DNA of 62,680 nt, filler included, from Nemertoderma westbladi (Eukaryota > Animalia > Xenacoelomorpha), in assembly GCA_032718475.1 (NCBI GenBank). It is 3 parts of 3 records of this genome, joined end to end, with 100 filler letters (N's around TTAATTAATTAA, not from the genome) between each part and the next. Parts side by side here need not be neighbours in the genome. Positions count along the whole stretch, not along the records: positions 21,600 to 48,768 come from JAUCBJ010003469.1; 2 more parts are not named here. One strand, 5' to 3'. Numbering within the stretch: position 1 is the stretch's first letter; each line of letters begins with the position of its first letter. This document shows positions 38,901-48,868 of the stretch, piece after piece. Position numbers and translations under genes: made by a program. A model generated the notes under the pieces. It was not told the origin of the DNA. It was given only the letters and a program-made list of their open reading frames with translations, and did not search any database.

Positions 38901-39378
38901 CGTCCAGGAATTCCTGTAAAGAGTAGGTTCGTCCACGTTCGATGTCCTCCTCTAGATTTTGTATTTCTCTATCGAACTGGGGTAAAGCCAGTTCCTTCAC
39001 CGCTTGGACTTGTTGCTGCAATTTACGTTTCTCCAAGCAATCGTAAGTTCCTTTCCCGATTTTCTGCCGAATAGCGTCCAATGCATTTCGTATCACGCTC
39101 TCTTCGACTTCTGTAACAGGTTGGATCGGAGGAAGGCCAGGACGGTTGTAGGGGTTAAACGGTGATATTAAATGACCGCGTCCTAGTCCAGCGAGGTAAG
39201 GTTGGCGAATATCCAACGAACCCACTACCGGAGCGCCACCAATCAACTGTTCAGGTAACACTAGATCTTTGAACAGTGAGTACAGTTCGGGAGGATCCGT
39301 AATACTATTAGGATCTAGAGTTTGAGGTATCACTGGTGAATGGGGAGGTCTGACCGAGTATTCCGGAACTCTGATCAT
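35956..39378 (-). CDS. BEL accessory ORF3, ~1140 aa: coiled coil, DEDDy 3'-5' exonuclease (WRN/Mut-7/EXD-like), zinc knuckles, basic tail
   Basis: Uninterrupted and intronless; first ATG at 39378. ExoI VTYDNEG, ExoII LPQPVLAMLFNERILKIGSAVYGDL, FIDTQ, SIGHLAFQEYG, ExoIII-like PLRPSLAIYTIFE. Cys/His units CRLCASRDH, CAYC-H-C and CHYCQLKGHESYNC. Ends LKKLRKRRPRKK. Confidence 0.8.
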   Translation of the reverse strand: MIRVPEYSVRPPHSPVIPQTLDPNSITDPPELYSLFKDLVLPEQLIGGAPVVGSLDIRQPYLAGLGRGHLISPFNPYNRPGLPPIQPVTEVEESVIRNALDAIRQKIGKGTYDCLEKRKLQQQVQAVKELALPQFDREIQNLEEDIERGRTYSLQEFLDERLQQQAEENQLEERHIELTEREEAALAQPEAQILVTDLYSKTILHPSMVPHFKDKLFATVQPQPVNTDLRSQELVADAPMLQRPPVEAARVDGVLVEPPDNRADLVRRMVHDINIRARPLPDSFYGIKDHPYYVNLKQYYMVKPEDPTHSLKFLPLINPLDLVELEQLQKHLDQLVKLNSFRKPYNISRIEKEIAPPYNLDGFIKTRLVHWNLDVLFEEERIKRYGDVETYTTQCLKYGDLPNANECATLWHPVGMTLENATKEWNETLNVIEMYGVVTYDNEGSVPVGELGTTRMIHIRGLAGSTHVFTRACSDVIDYSFETLTEIQKKLRHGQFELAQRYVTDTERKPAMGIDGSMLPQPVLAMLFNERILKIGSAVYGDLQNDFRNMENIPYPFIDTQLIAPWAEGRGFFRTMYANTPSGITKVQRTSIGHLAFQEYGWNFKVGNPINYQQVYGDHYSRLYFDGPLTAPGAVYSFMSVPLRPSLAIYTIFENAALAGWLADVCSRTIRAHPLILGTKLAKLDEHNKFIRFECFRRFLTPFRNVDSQFKDRALTKLSLRDSAAEKLSSAGFAVFQDVCIQNSHSSVIQRPRIPTGYSVVEIQTVGPLTETDTPTSSMQLEDEPVCLESEAIQPTASRSSDNDYVIEWYQGPQRLTAYDYRHANYVSRKRCRLCASRDHFTPLDSSVPCSYFLEQPMMEIYCAYCRLNNSHIFAVCPQFMTQCHYCQLKGHESYNCPFNRDLESVDEMITLRYIRAWEANADLHCESRHRYYPGRAYEGVYAFHPYLFASIEQKTRVPSYELIKRVGECISTKFVRKYLRNVNPNDITTYHLINFIRQDPEYGDIFVNSHPELQEVSRRPYEYRTRERELERTIKPRKFLTTHGPPTASVQTTRQGPVGAAVLRRALKAVRPHSTEVDINQPGTSTGGYTDRNPAPSDAIILHPSPRSYSPPRKVARPKEKRTLINLKKLRKRRPRKKD

Positions 39379-39386
39379 GGGTTTAT

Positions 39387-40211
39387 TCAATGATCGCTTA
39401 AGGGTCGCGCGACCGTAGGCGATACGTCGAAAAGGTTACGCTCGAAACTCCCATAAGTATATCGCGTAAAACTGTGTTTAGCGCAACGTCTCCGAGGATG
39501 TTTATGCCTTTCGATTTGCTGGTTAGGTCTAGGGCATTCGTCACAGTAATACCAAAGACGCACGTCTTGAAGGGGAAACGCGGGTGATCGCTCTCCAGTT
39601 TTACAATATTCCTCCATCTGTTCGAAGCTATCTGGAACGACAGGTAGCGGTCGATCGGCGGTAAGATACATCATCGTAAAATAGAGCCGTTTGAGTTCCA
39701 TTATAGGATCTGGATGTATACCTTGGGGATATCGAGTTTCGAGGTTTTGTTGACTGGCAACATTGAGATAGGTCTCTCGTAAGAATTCTAGATAATCGTT
39801 GAAACCGTTACGTTTATCAGGTTCTTCAACGTCTTCTCTTTCGAGTTTGTTTCGAATAGAGTTCTCGTGTTCTATTCTCGATTTATCGTTTCGACTCCGC
39901 TGGGTATGATATTTAAATAAAACCATTTCCCGTTCGGTGTCTACATCGTCCGTATCGTGTAAATCAATAGGATGACCAGTGGTCAAGAAGTCCATATACG
40001 TACCATTACGATGAGTGTAGCGAGCAGTGAACTTTCTATAATCCAATTCACGCGTAAGTTGCTCCTGGGACATTGGCGGTTCGATATAACGACCATCGTC
40101 CTCTGTAGGAGTTGGATCAGCGTCGCCGCGTATTAAGCTATCGACAAATGCTTGTAAAGGTAGAGTATATCTCTCCCTGATACCAAGATCATCTTCTATT
40201 AATTCAGTCAT
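39387..40211 (-). CDS. BEL accessory ORF2, 274 aa, unknown function, C-terminal Cys/His cluster
   Basis: Intact ATG-to-TGA non-repetitive ORF with an acidic N-terminus and YYCDECPRP...HKHPRRRCAKH. Confidence 0.75.
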   Translation of the reverse strand: MTELIEDDLGIRERYTLPLQAFVDSLIRGDADPTPTEDDGRYIEPPMSQEQLTRELDYRKFTARYTHRNGTYMDFLTTGHPIDLHDTDDVDTEREMVLFKYHTQRSRNDKSRIEHENSIRNKLEREDVEEPDKRNGFNDYLEFLRETYLNVASQQNLETRYPQGIHPDPIMELKRLYFTMMYLTADRPLPVVPDSFEQMEEYCKTGERSPAFPLQDVRLWYYCDECPRPNQQIERHKHPRRRCAKHSFTRYTYGSFERNLFDVSPTVARPLSDH

Positions 40212-41019
40212 ATCTGCTATACAAGTTCACCAATATTATAATGAGTTTATATATCGTTAGGCGAGCGGGCGTCGCTGCCTATTTCTCCCTTGCCCCCGGA
40301 CAGTAAGAGATTCTCAGCGCCGATGTACCGCTGTAGCTGTACTTTCGCCAACGACGTAGCCGTACAACGACAACGATAACCGGCACAAGTCACTCCACTG
40401 TCCGTCCCAAAGGCTTAGATGTACTTCAGGTATTCCTTGGAGAGTTAGGTTACTTTACGATTGCGACTAGCTACTGTAAACACACTTTAGCAGTAACATT
40501 CACCTATAAACTCACAAATACCACACAACTGGTCACAACTACGCACATTCGGGCCATTTGTCCGTTAGTCAATGCCTTCCAGAATGTCACTATATTATTA
40601 TGTATCCTTGGATACTAGCAGTGCGCTATTTATTCCCTATGCTATTCAATGGGACAAGCTTTCTATTGTTAGTTTAACTCAATTCTAATTCTAGCGTGGT
40701 TGTTGCTATGGTGACATTATGCAAAGCTAGCGGTAGAATTAGGGTGATTCCAATGCATACAGATCTGGGATGTTATTTAATAGTAATTCTTTAATAGTCA
40801 ATGTCCTGTTTATACATGACTTTACGAATTTTATCGGCTATTAACTATGTTTGGGAGACTTTCGTACACGCATACGCATAATAATATAAATCTCCGCTCC
40901 CTTGATCTATTAATTAATGGAATTTTGGGAATGTTATAAATCGCGTAAAATGGCAATTTATTAAATTCATTAAAAGAAATGAATTTAAATTTATTCCCTG
41001 AAATTTTATTATTTGATAA

Positions 41020-41345
41020 TTAAATGGACATATTTTGATTCTAGAACTTGTCTAGGGACACAAGATCCTTAATTCTAAGAAAATTGTCTCTTTAAGAATA
41101 TCGGTAAATGCTACGATATCTTAATTGACTAGAATTGTTGAAGGATCTGAATTTTACAGATTTTGACTTATTTGATTTGCAAACATTAACTAATTAATAT
41201 TTGAGATGGGCACCGATTTATTCCAGAACTTGTCTGGGGACGTTAACCACTGATTCTATAATTTGTCTTTCAAGTATATCGGTGGGTGCCACGATATCTT
41301 AATCGACTAGAATTACAGATGGTCAAAGGGTTTAACAGATTTATT
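41020..41345 (-). ncRNA. Tandemly duplicated structured RNA element (two ~145-nt copies)
   Basis: Copies at ~41020-41165 and ~41203-41345 form the same hairpins with compensatory substitutions (see findings). Confidence 0.55.
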
Positions 41346-41861
41346 CTGCGTTATACGCTACTGTTAAATGGACATCACGCTACTATATGTATTATTTAAT
41401 ATACGGTATGAGAGCAATATCGCACGAAGCAATGTCAGTGTGAAGAGGCAAGTCGTTTCCAAGGTCTACCCAGAGCTTGGTTTAGCCGAGACACGAGGAT
41501 CTGAACTTTGCATTCCTAATACTCTGCCTACCAATAATACTTAAATACAGTAGTGGCTTTATTGTACTTTAATAAGTACAGACATTTCATCTTACCGTAG
41601 TTACATATTTATAATATAATACGGACAGTAAGGAAAGAGAAAAAATAATTATTTCTTCGCCGTCTCACTAAATATAATATAAGTAATTACGTACGTAATA
41701 AACACGAATATATTACACTATTCTACAAAATAATCGCCAAAATAATATTCTACTAAATTAAATAAAACGATTGTAATAAAATTACATAGTAATACATACA
41801 TAAATATAAAAATGATAAAATAATATAAAATAATAGAGCCACACGCCCACTCCGAACGATA

Positions 41862-43510
41862 TTAAGTTGGGGAGTCCCTAGATGTCGGTTGGATTAGGGA
41901 AGTGGTCGTGGGAAGAGTTTCTTGCCTTCCATAGTTTCCGGAGAGCTCTCTGTCTCTTTCTAGTAAACATAAACGTCCCACTGGGCGATTGAGCTGTTGA
42001 GTCTCAAAGACTATCCCTGGTTTCTTAAAGTTCCGCCGCATGACGATGAGCTCTACTGATCGCACCAAACCATCGCTCGAGATATAAGTCTCGATGATAC
42101 GTCCTGTTTGCCATCGCTTACGTGGGAGATCGGGGTCCACAATAAGCACCATGTCTCCAGCGCTGACGTTTTCTTGCTGCGCAAACCACTTAGTTCGAAG
42201 TTGTAGAGTGGGCAGGTAATGTTTCTCGAAATGGTCAGCGAAACGACGGGATAGCAACTGCATAAGTTGCCAGGTTCGACGGCAGTACTCGTCTCCGTCT
42301 GTAATCTCCGATCGTGGGAGCATGGCTACGGGTTTCTTCAGTAGAAAGTGCGCGGGTGTTAACGCTTCCAGGGAATCAGGGTTTGAAGAGACTGGCATAA
42401 GCGGTCTTTCGTTGAGATAGGCGGCGATTTCCTCCATTAACGTCCGCAATAGTTCGTCGGTGAGATAAGCGCGACAAGGCACAATAAAGTGGAACGCAGT
42501 CTTCACGCTCCTAATCAATCTCTCCCAACTTCCTCCCCACCAAGGGGCGTCGGCGGCGTTGAAGGTCCAACTAGACGCTGTTATCCTTAGCTGATCGTCC
42601 ACCTGTCTTTTGTTCCAGTCCTTTACGTAAGCTTGAATTTCATTGTTGGCGCCAATGAAGTTCGTTCCCTTATCCGATCTCATCGTGTTACTGGTTCCGA
42701 AGCGAGCGATCTGTCGTCGTAAACTCAACACGAAGCTGTTGGTGGATAGATCGTTTACCATATCGAGATGGATAGCTCTACAAGTCATACAAACGAAGAT
42801 GACACACCATCTCTTGACTATAGTCCGGGCACGATATACTTCAATAGGGCCAAATAAATCCACACCGGTATTAGTAAAGGGTGGTTCATAGAAGCTTACT
42901 CTTTCCCTAGGTAATTCTGCCTCTCGCTGTGTTAAAGGCCTACTGAATGCTTTCCTACAGGGTATGCAGTTCCTAAGAACTTGGTTCAGAGCCCTACGGG
43001 GTTTATAAAAATAGTAGCGAGTTCGAATTTCGCTCAGAACTCGTTCTCTACCAGCATGGTACAGTTTGCTATGAACATCTACAATCATCTTGATTTGTAT
43101 GTCAAGATTTCTAATGAGGATGGGAAACTTAGTGTCAAAGGATAATGGAGCGTTGGTCAATCTACCTCCAACACGTATTAACCCATCTATCATGGTACTA
43201 GAGAAGCGATCCCTTAAGCGCATCTGTGGATTTCTTAACAACAGGAAATACTTATCGGAATCCTCATAGCATTGTAGGAGTCTCAGCATCTGTTTGTTGG
43301 TTTCATCATGCTCTTGGTAACTGATCTTTTCCTTTAGAAACCTGTCGGGTATCTTGTATTTAGGAAGATCTTTAATAACATGGACTCGTGCAGATGTTGA
43401 TGGAGCATCATCACTATTGGTCTTTGTTCCGGAGTAACGATGATGAAAACATCGTTTCAAATAGGTAACAGCCTTACAGAGCCGATTCCAGGAACTGTAG
43501 TGACGTATCG
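41862..43510 (-). CDS. BEL/Pao pol C-terminal part (integrase), 5'-truncated
   Basis: YSSWNRL; DGLIRVGGRL..APLSFDTKFPIL; zinc finger H..LYHAG...CIPC; core TGVDLFGP, RSDKGTNF, APWWGGSWERLIRSVK, NERPL, LTPAHFL; C-terminal WQTGRI...DGLVRSV. Confidence 0.95.
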
Positions 43511-43848
43511 CTAACAGTGTCAATTCGCTAAGGCTCCGCCAACTTCGTGGCTCGCCCCACATAGACATAAAGACATGTAATAAATACCACTGGCAGCGAC
43601 CTGACCAGAGGTAAAACGTCTGCATGAGAAGTAATCTCTGCAGAGCTCCAAAGCTACTAGTTGGAATAAACAGGTAACAAATATTATATACTCAGGGAAG
43701 GCTAATGCAATTATTATGAGCCAATGTGAGATCACTCACTCCATTGATGTTCCCTAACGACAAATAAGTTCAAATACAGGTATGAAAGCACCGAAAAATA
43801 CAAGTTTGATACGCTTGGTGCAACTCGTATATTGCGTTTTTCCTTTCT

Positions 43849-44200
43849 CCCCGGCCCCACCCACAGCACAAGCCCCGACCCCTGCCCCTGCAATGCCTTC
43901 ACCCCCAGGCACTCCCCCAGCCCCAGCCCCGACCACGTAAACATTAAAGTTGTAGAGAGGGTCTGCGGGAACAATGCGGGCGATGTGAAGGCGAGCGGCT
44001 TCTGGCACACCCTCGACGTTTCCCACTTTCGTCACCCTGACTTTCCCCAGCCGAGGATGTACCACCCTCTATCTCCATACTGTTGAACCTCCCTGTTTAT
44101 GTGGTCCTGGGCCTCAAGATGTGGGACCACCTTTTGTTGCGTCTGAAAATATTAAACATAAGTTCATTATAAAGTTAACCCTTTGAGAACGTAGGCCCTA
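43849..44200. repeat. ~350-bp near-identical duplicate of 45829-46180
   Basis: CCCCGGCCCCACC...TAGGCCCTA is present twice in direct orientation with only a few differences. Confidence 0.9.
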
Positions 44201-44222
44201 TAAAGCTAGTGAGCAGTTTGTT

Positions 44223-44746
44223 TGTGGGGCGAGCCACGAAGTTGGCGGAGCCTTAGCGAATTGACACTGTTAGGGGGTGGGTCAATTTATGCAAATAGTT
44301 GTCGTCGTCGTCGTCGTCGTCGTTGTCGTCGTCGTCGTCGTCGTTGTCGTCGTCGTCGTTACGATTTTGACATGCTAATAACTTTGTCGGATTTAAAGCT
44401 GCCAAGTTGAAAATTTGTAGGTATCAATATGAGCAAAAGTTGAGATTTTTGAGAGACTTTCAGACACCATCAGTGCAATGGTCTCCCGCTAGAGGGCCAC
44501 ATGTCTAAACATTAAATGCCCTCCCATTTCTTTGCTTTTAATCCGTTTAAGCTGAAACTTGGCAGATATGTATTAGACCATTAGGTGTGACTTTCAAAGG
44601 AGGCGAATCCATCTGCAGTTCTCCAGTCTGCCGCTAGAGGGCCAACGTGACAACGACAACTATTTGCATAAATTGACCCTCCCCCTAACAGTGTCAATTC
44701 GCTAAGGCTTCGCCAACTTCGTGCTGCGCGAAGTCCCCACTTCGTG
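44223..44746 (+). mobile_element. HINE/DINE-1-like non-autonomous Helentron element
   Basis: Subterminal inverted repeats (44235-44305 and ~44650-44723), an internal (GTC)n microsatellite, and a 3' hairpin CGAAGT-CCCC-ACTTCG. Confidence 0.65.
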
Positions 44747-45712
44747 TAATGCCTCGTATGCCATATGTGTGCAGTTTGTTTAGAAGAATATTGTGTTGTA
44801 AAGTATCAAATGCCTTTTTAAGATCTAATGATATCAAAAAGGCCGATTCTTGCAGTTCTAGAATATTTTGTTGTCTTTCAGTTACAGTCAGTAGGGCGTC
44901 TGTTGTTGTGGAGTGTTTTCTGAATCCGTATTGATACTGTGAGAGTATAGAGTACTTGTCTAAATAAGAAATTAATTGGGAATTTATTACGCGTTCAAAT
45001 ATTTTGCTGAAAACAGACAGTAATGATATTGGCCTGTAATTATTTTTATCAGATGGGTCGCCGGACTTTGATTGGTGTAATTTTGGCTGATTTAAGAGTG
45101 GTGGGGAATGAACCGGTTTTAATAGAGAAATTTATAAGATATGTTAGATGGGGTTCGATATCGTGCTGCTACTTTAACTATGGTTATAGGAAAGCTATCC
45201 TATGTTGCGGTTGAGGAGTTAAGATCTAATATATTGTAAATGGTTTAAGCGTTTGAGGTTTGAACAACTGAGAACGAGTTGGGTTTTTTATGATTTATGT
45301 AACGTGTTGGGTTATTGGTTGTAGTAGGTATGTCTCATGCAAATCGAGATCCTATTGTAGCAAAGTGGTTATTAAATACACTGCAAATCTCCTTGGTATC
45401 AGTAGTCTCATGTTCATTACCGTTATTGTCCGTTAAAATTAGTTTCTTAGGTGACGCTTTTCTTTTTGTTCGGTGTAACGCTGAGTTTATAGTAGTCCAT
45501 GTTTTTCGCATGTTGTTCTTGTTTTTCTCAAATTAATTTGCATAATATGTTCTTTCGGCTAATTTTATGATTTTTGTGAATTTATTACAGTATTTGTTAT
45601 ATTCGTTAAGTTTTTCATCAGTTTGGTTTTTTGATAGAGCTGCGTACATACTATTTTTTTATATTCATGATTTAATTATTCCAGAGGTCATCCATGGCTT
45701 TTTATCATCCAT
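44747..45712 (-). pseudogene. CR1/L2-type LINE reverse transcriptase remnant
   Basis: Minus strand reads KKPWMTSGIIKS...NYRPISL...QYGFRKHSTT...DLKKAFDTLQHNILLNKLHTYGIRG with disruptions. Confidence 0.85.
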
Positions 45713-47109
45713 TTTCATCCATGGCTCCGCCCCCGGCTCCACCACTGGCCCCGCCCCCGTCCCTGCCTCTGGCCCCACCCCGGCCCTGCTGGCCCCACCC
45801 CTGCCCCGCCCCCCGGCCATGGCCCCAGCCCCGGCCCCACCCCCAGCACAAGCCCCGACCCATGCCCCTGCAATGCCTTCACCCCCAGGCACTCCCCCAG
45901 CCCCAGCCCCGACCACGTAAACATTAAAGTTGTAGAGAGGGTCTGCGGGAACAATGCGGGCGATGTGAAGGCGAGCGGCTTCTGGCACACCCTCGACGTT
46001 TCCCACTTTCGTCACCCTGACTTTCCCCAGTCGAGGATGTACCACCCTCTATCTCCATACTGTTGAACCTCCCTGTTTATGTGGTCCTGGGCCTCAAGAT
46101 GTGGGACCACCTGTTGTTGCGTCTGAAAATATTAAACATAAGTTCATTATAAAGTTAACCCTTTGAGAACATAGGCCCTATCCTATACGGGCCTGCCACA
46201 TTTAGAGGGTACTGTGGAAAAGCAATATTATATTTATATACTGCCATCTGACATGTCCAGTAAGCCATATAAAGGCAGCCAATAACATGTCCATTTTTAG
46301 TGTGTACATGCTACGCCGACAAGCGACAACCACTGCCAACAACAGCAAATATTAAAATGTAACCTAAGTTCGTTACTCTCGTGTATTGTTTTTGGTTAGA
46401 ATAAACTTCCACTGTAACCTGTTTCTTTCCCTCAATTAATAAATAACACAAGCTGGCAAGCCTGGAGGGTTCACGGTCCTCCTACTTAATCAGTACAATA
46501 ATAATACGTTTTCGTTCGAGTAGGCCTATGTTTCCTTTCACTTGTTCCCATCGTAGGCGACCTCATGCTCATCCCACCACGACCACGACCACCAGTTACG
46601 AGTTGGGTAGGCGTCTACCGGCAACCGGTAAGTAATTACGCGCCACACGACGTCATCCCGCCATCCGCCAACATTTATACCGGTACGGTAAGCCTACCAC
46701 CTACCGGCTGGCTACCATCGCACCGTAGGTCTACCGCCTACGCGTACCGGTCAACCGGTAACGGTAGGCTACCGCGTACCGGTACAGCGGTACTCAAAGT
46801 CGTACCGGTATTGTCGTAATTGACAAATTCAGGATTAAACCGTAACCCGCTCCGGTACCGGTACCATATGCATCTGAACGACTGGACGGTTAATCTCATA
46901 GCATAGCTGCATAGGCCTACCGGTAGTCAGTGCGAAGTCGCCTGCGAACATGGCGAAATATTATATTTACTGCTAGGGCTAGGCTAGGACCTACTGCTGT
47001 ACTGACCTATGACAGTATGAAGATAGGCAGATAGGCCTACAGTGGTCAGGTAGTACCGGTCCGGTATGCCTACTACAGGCAGACAATCAGACAGTACTAG
47101 CAGTGCTAA

Positions 47110-47415
47110 TTAATTACCTTAATTAAATCTTCAATTAGGTCATAATGTAGGTCCAAATTTAAAAATCGGCCTCCGTTAATCGATTTAGAAATAATTCAGG
47201 TACCTCCATGCCAAATATCAGAATCATTCATTGCGTTCCCTATGACAAGATAGCTTTTTCCTAAACCAATGCGAAAACACGCAAATATAGCGCTCACATC
47301 GCATAAATACCATCTCGACACCCAATTTTTTGTATGAGCCTTCGCCATCCCTATATCTAACTTTTGTCCAAATTTTGTTTCGATTGATTAATAAATAACT
47401 GAGATATCGCTCTGG

Positions 47416-47446
<31 letters not shown>

Positions 47447-47525
47447 TTACGGTAATAATGGTCACTTATGTCAAAGACCGTGAACCAATAAATTGGTTGA
47501 AGGCGTAGCGTTTACGCCCCATTTT
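47110..47525 (-). mobile_element. HINE/DINE-like short element with (CA)n
   Basis: (CA)n tract next to CCAAATTTTG / CCAAATTT motifs typical of DINE-like repeats; ends not resolved. Confidence 0.4.
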
Positions 47526-48768
47526 TTATGATTTTCTCACGTTAGATGCTGCCCGATTACTTCAATTTCTATAACAGGACGCAATTTTGTTGAGTCTATG
47601 GCTGTGTTGTCTGTATGAAACCGAAAAGGTCGAACCTTACCGTGCCACTTGGTACATAATTATTACATAGATTTAAATTTAAAACAAAAGATAAATGCTA
47701 ATTAGGTACCTATAAATATTTATTTGCAATAATCCTCACTCTTTGATACCCTGTGGCCAATACAACACATGCGGCAATTCAATGTGGTAGTGAAACTAAA
47801 GTAAAAAGTTCGAATAAATTTCACCTTTAACAAATTATGTTATTTAAATCTAAAATAACCTGTTAAAAACCAAAAATATTTTTGCTAATGATGGGAACCT
47901 AATTCGAGTCTCATAGCGTTAGTGAATTTTTTTATCTCATTTTTGAATAGGTTTAATTATTGTTTTAAACTATAAATTAAAAAACTTACTTTTCGTTGCT
48001 CTCCTGTGAAGAAGAGCGACGTGGAGACTGCCACGCATGTGGACCCAGTACACGTTGCCCGTCTCCACCGAAGACGTCCGGCAGGAAAGCGTCACCCTCA
48101 ATGGCCCAGACGGCCGGGCCTGGTTGTCGAAAACAGGGGCCTCTGGGCCCCTTTAACCCATGGCAAACCGCCCCCGCATACTTTCTTCATTGTTGTCTAG
48201 AATACAAAATGTATAATAAGTGTCAATTGATATGGGAATATTCATAAGTGAGTGTAGCCCGTGTACGTACTGTAATGCATTACGTATTTTATCAATTTAT
48301 CAATCCCCCCCCCCCCCCCCCCCCCCCCCCTGTCAGAAACTACAGTATAACAAACTCTCTCTTTCTCCTTCACTCATGCTGCATTACATAATTAAAAATA
48401 AATAAAATTGTAAGTTGACGTAATAAGTTCTACAACCTACCCCCGTAAGTTGTAGATTTGCCATGTGGAGGCAAAAGACTTGCAATTCTGGGGCCTGGAA
48501 TGTGATCATATGCTGCGGGGAGGCAGCTGGCCGTGGTCGGTGAACGGGGGGGGGGGGGGGGGGGGAGTCTTGAGCTAATGACGAGGAGACGGGTCGACCG
48601 GAGGAGTGACTGCAAATACGGAAATACGAAAAAATCAACACAATATTAATGATTATTTGTTATTATTATAATATAATTTGTTGTTATTATCTGACATCAG
48701 GATATAATATCCTGCTTGAATTATTTTAGTTGGTGGCTGTGATGTCTTATTGGTCCCCTTTTTCTTGT

Positions 48769-48868
48769 NNNNNNNNNNNNNNNNNNNNNNNNNNNNNNNN
48801 NNNNNNNNNNNNTTAATTAATTAANNNNNNNNNNNNNNNNNNNNNNNNNNNNNNNNNNNNNNNNNNNN
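48769..48868. other. Artificial contig linker (N44-TTAATTAATTAA-N44)
   Basis: Identical to the linker at 21500-21599. Confidence 0.95.

Noticed and set aside
35956-40211. ORF2/ORF3 as an envelope gene or as host genes
   Set aside because: No signal peptide or transmembrane segment is evident. They are intronless while host genes here are intron-rich, and they lie between pol and a PPT/LTR junction.
43511-43625. N-terminus of the 587-aa ORF as a true pol start
   Set aside because: It derives from the inverted HINE end and unrelated DNA; BEL homology starts at IRHYSSW.
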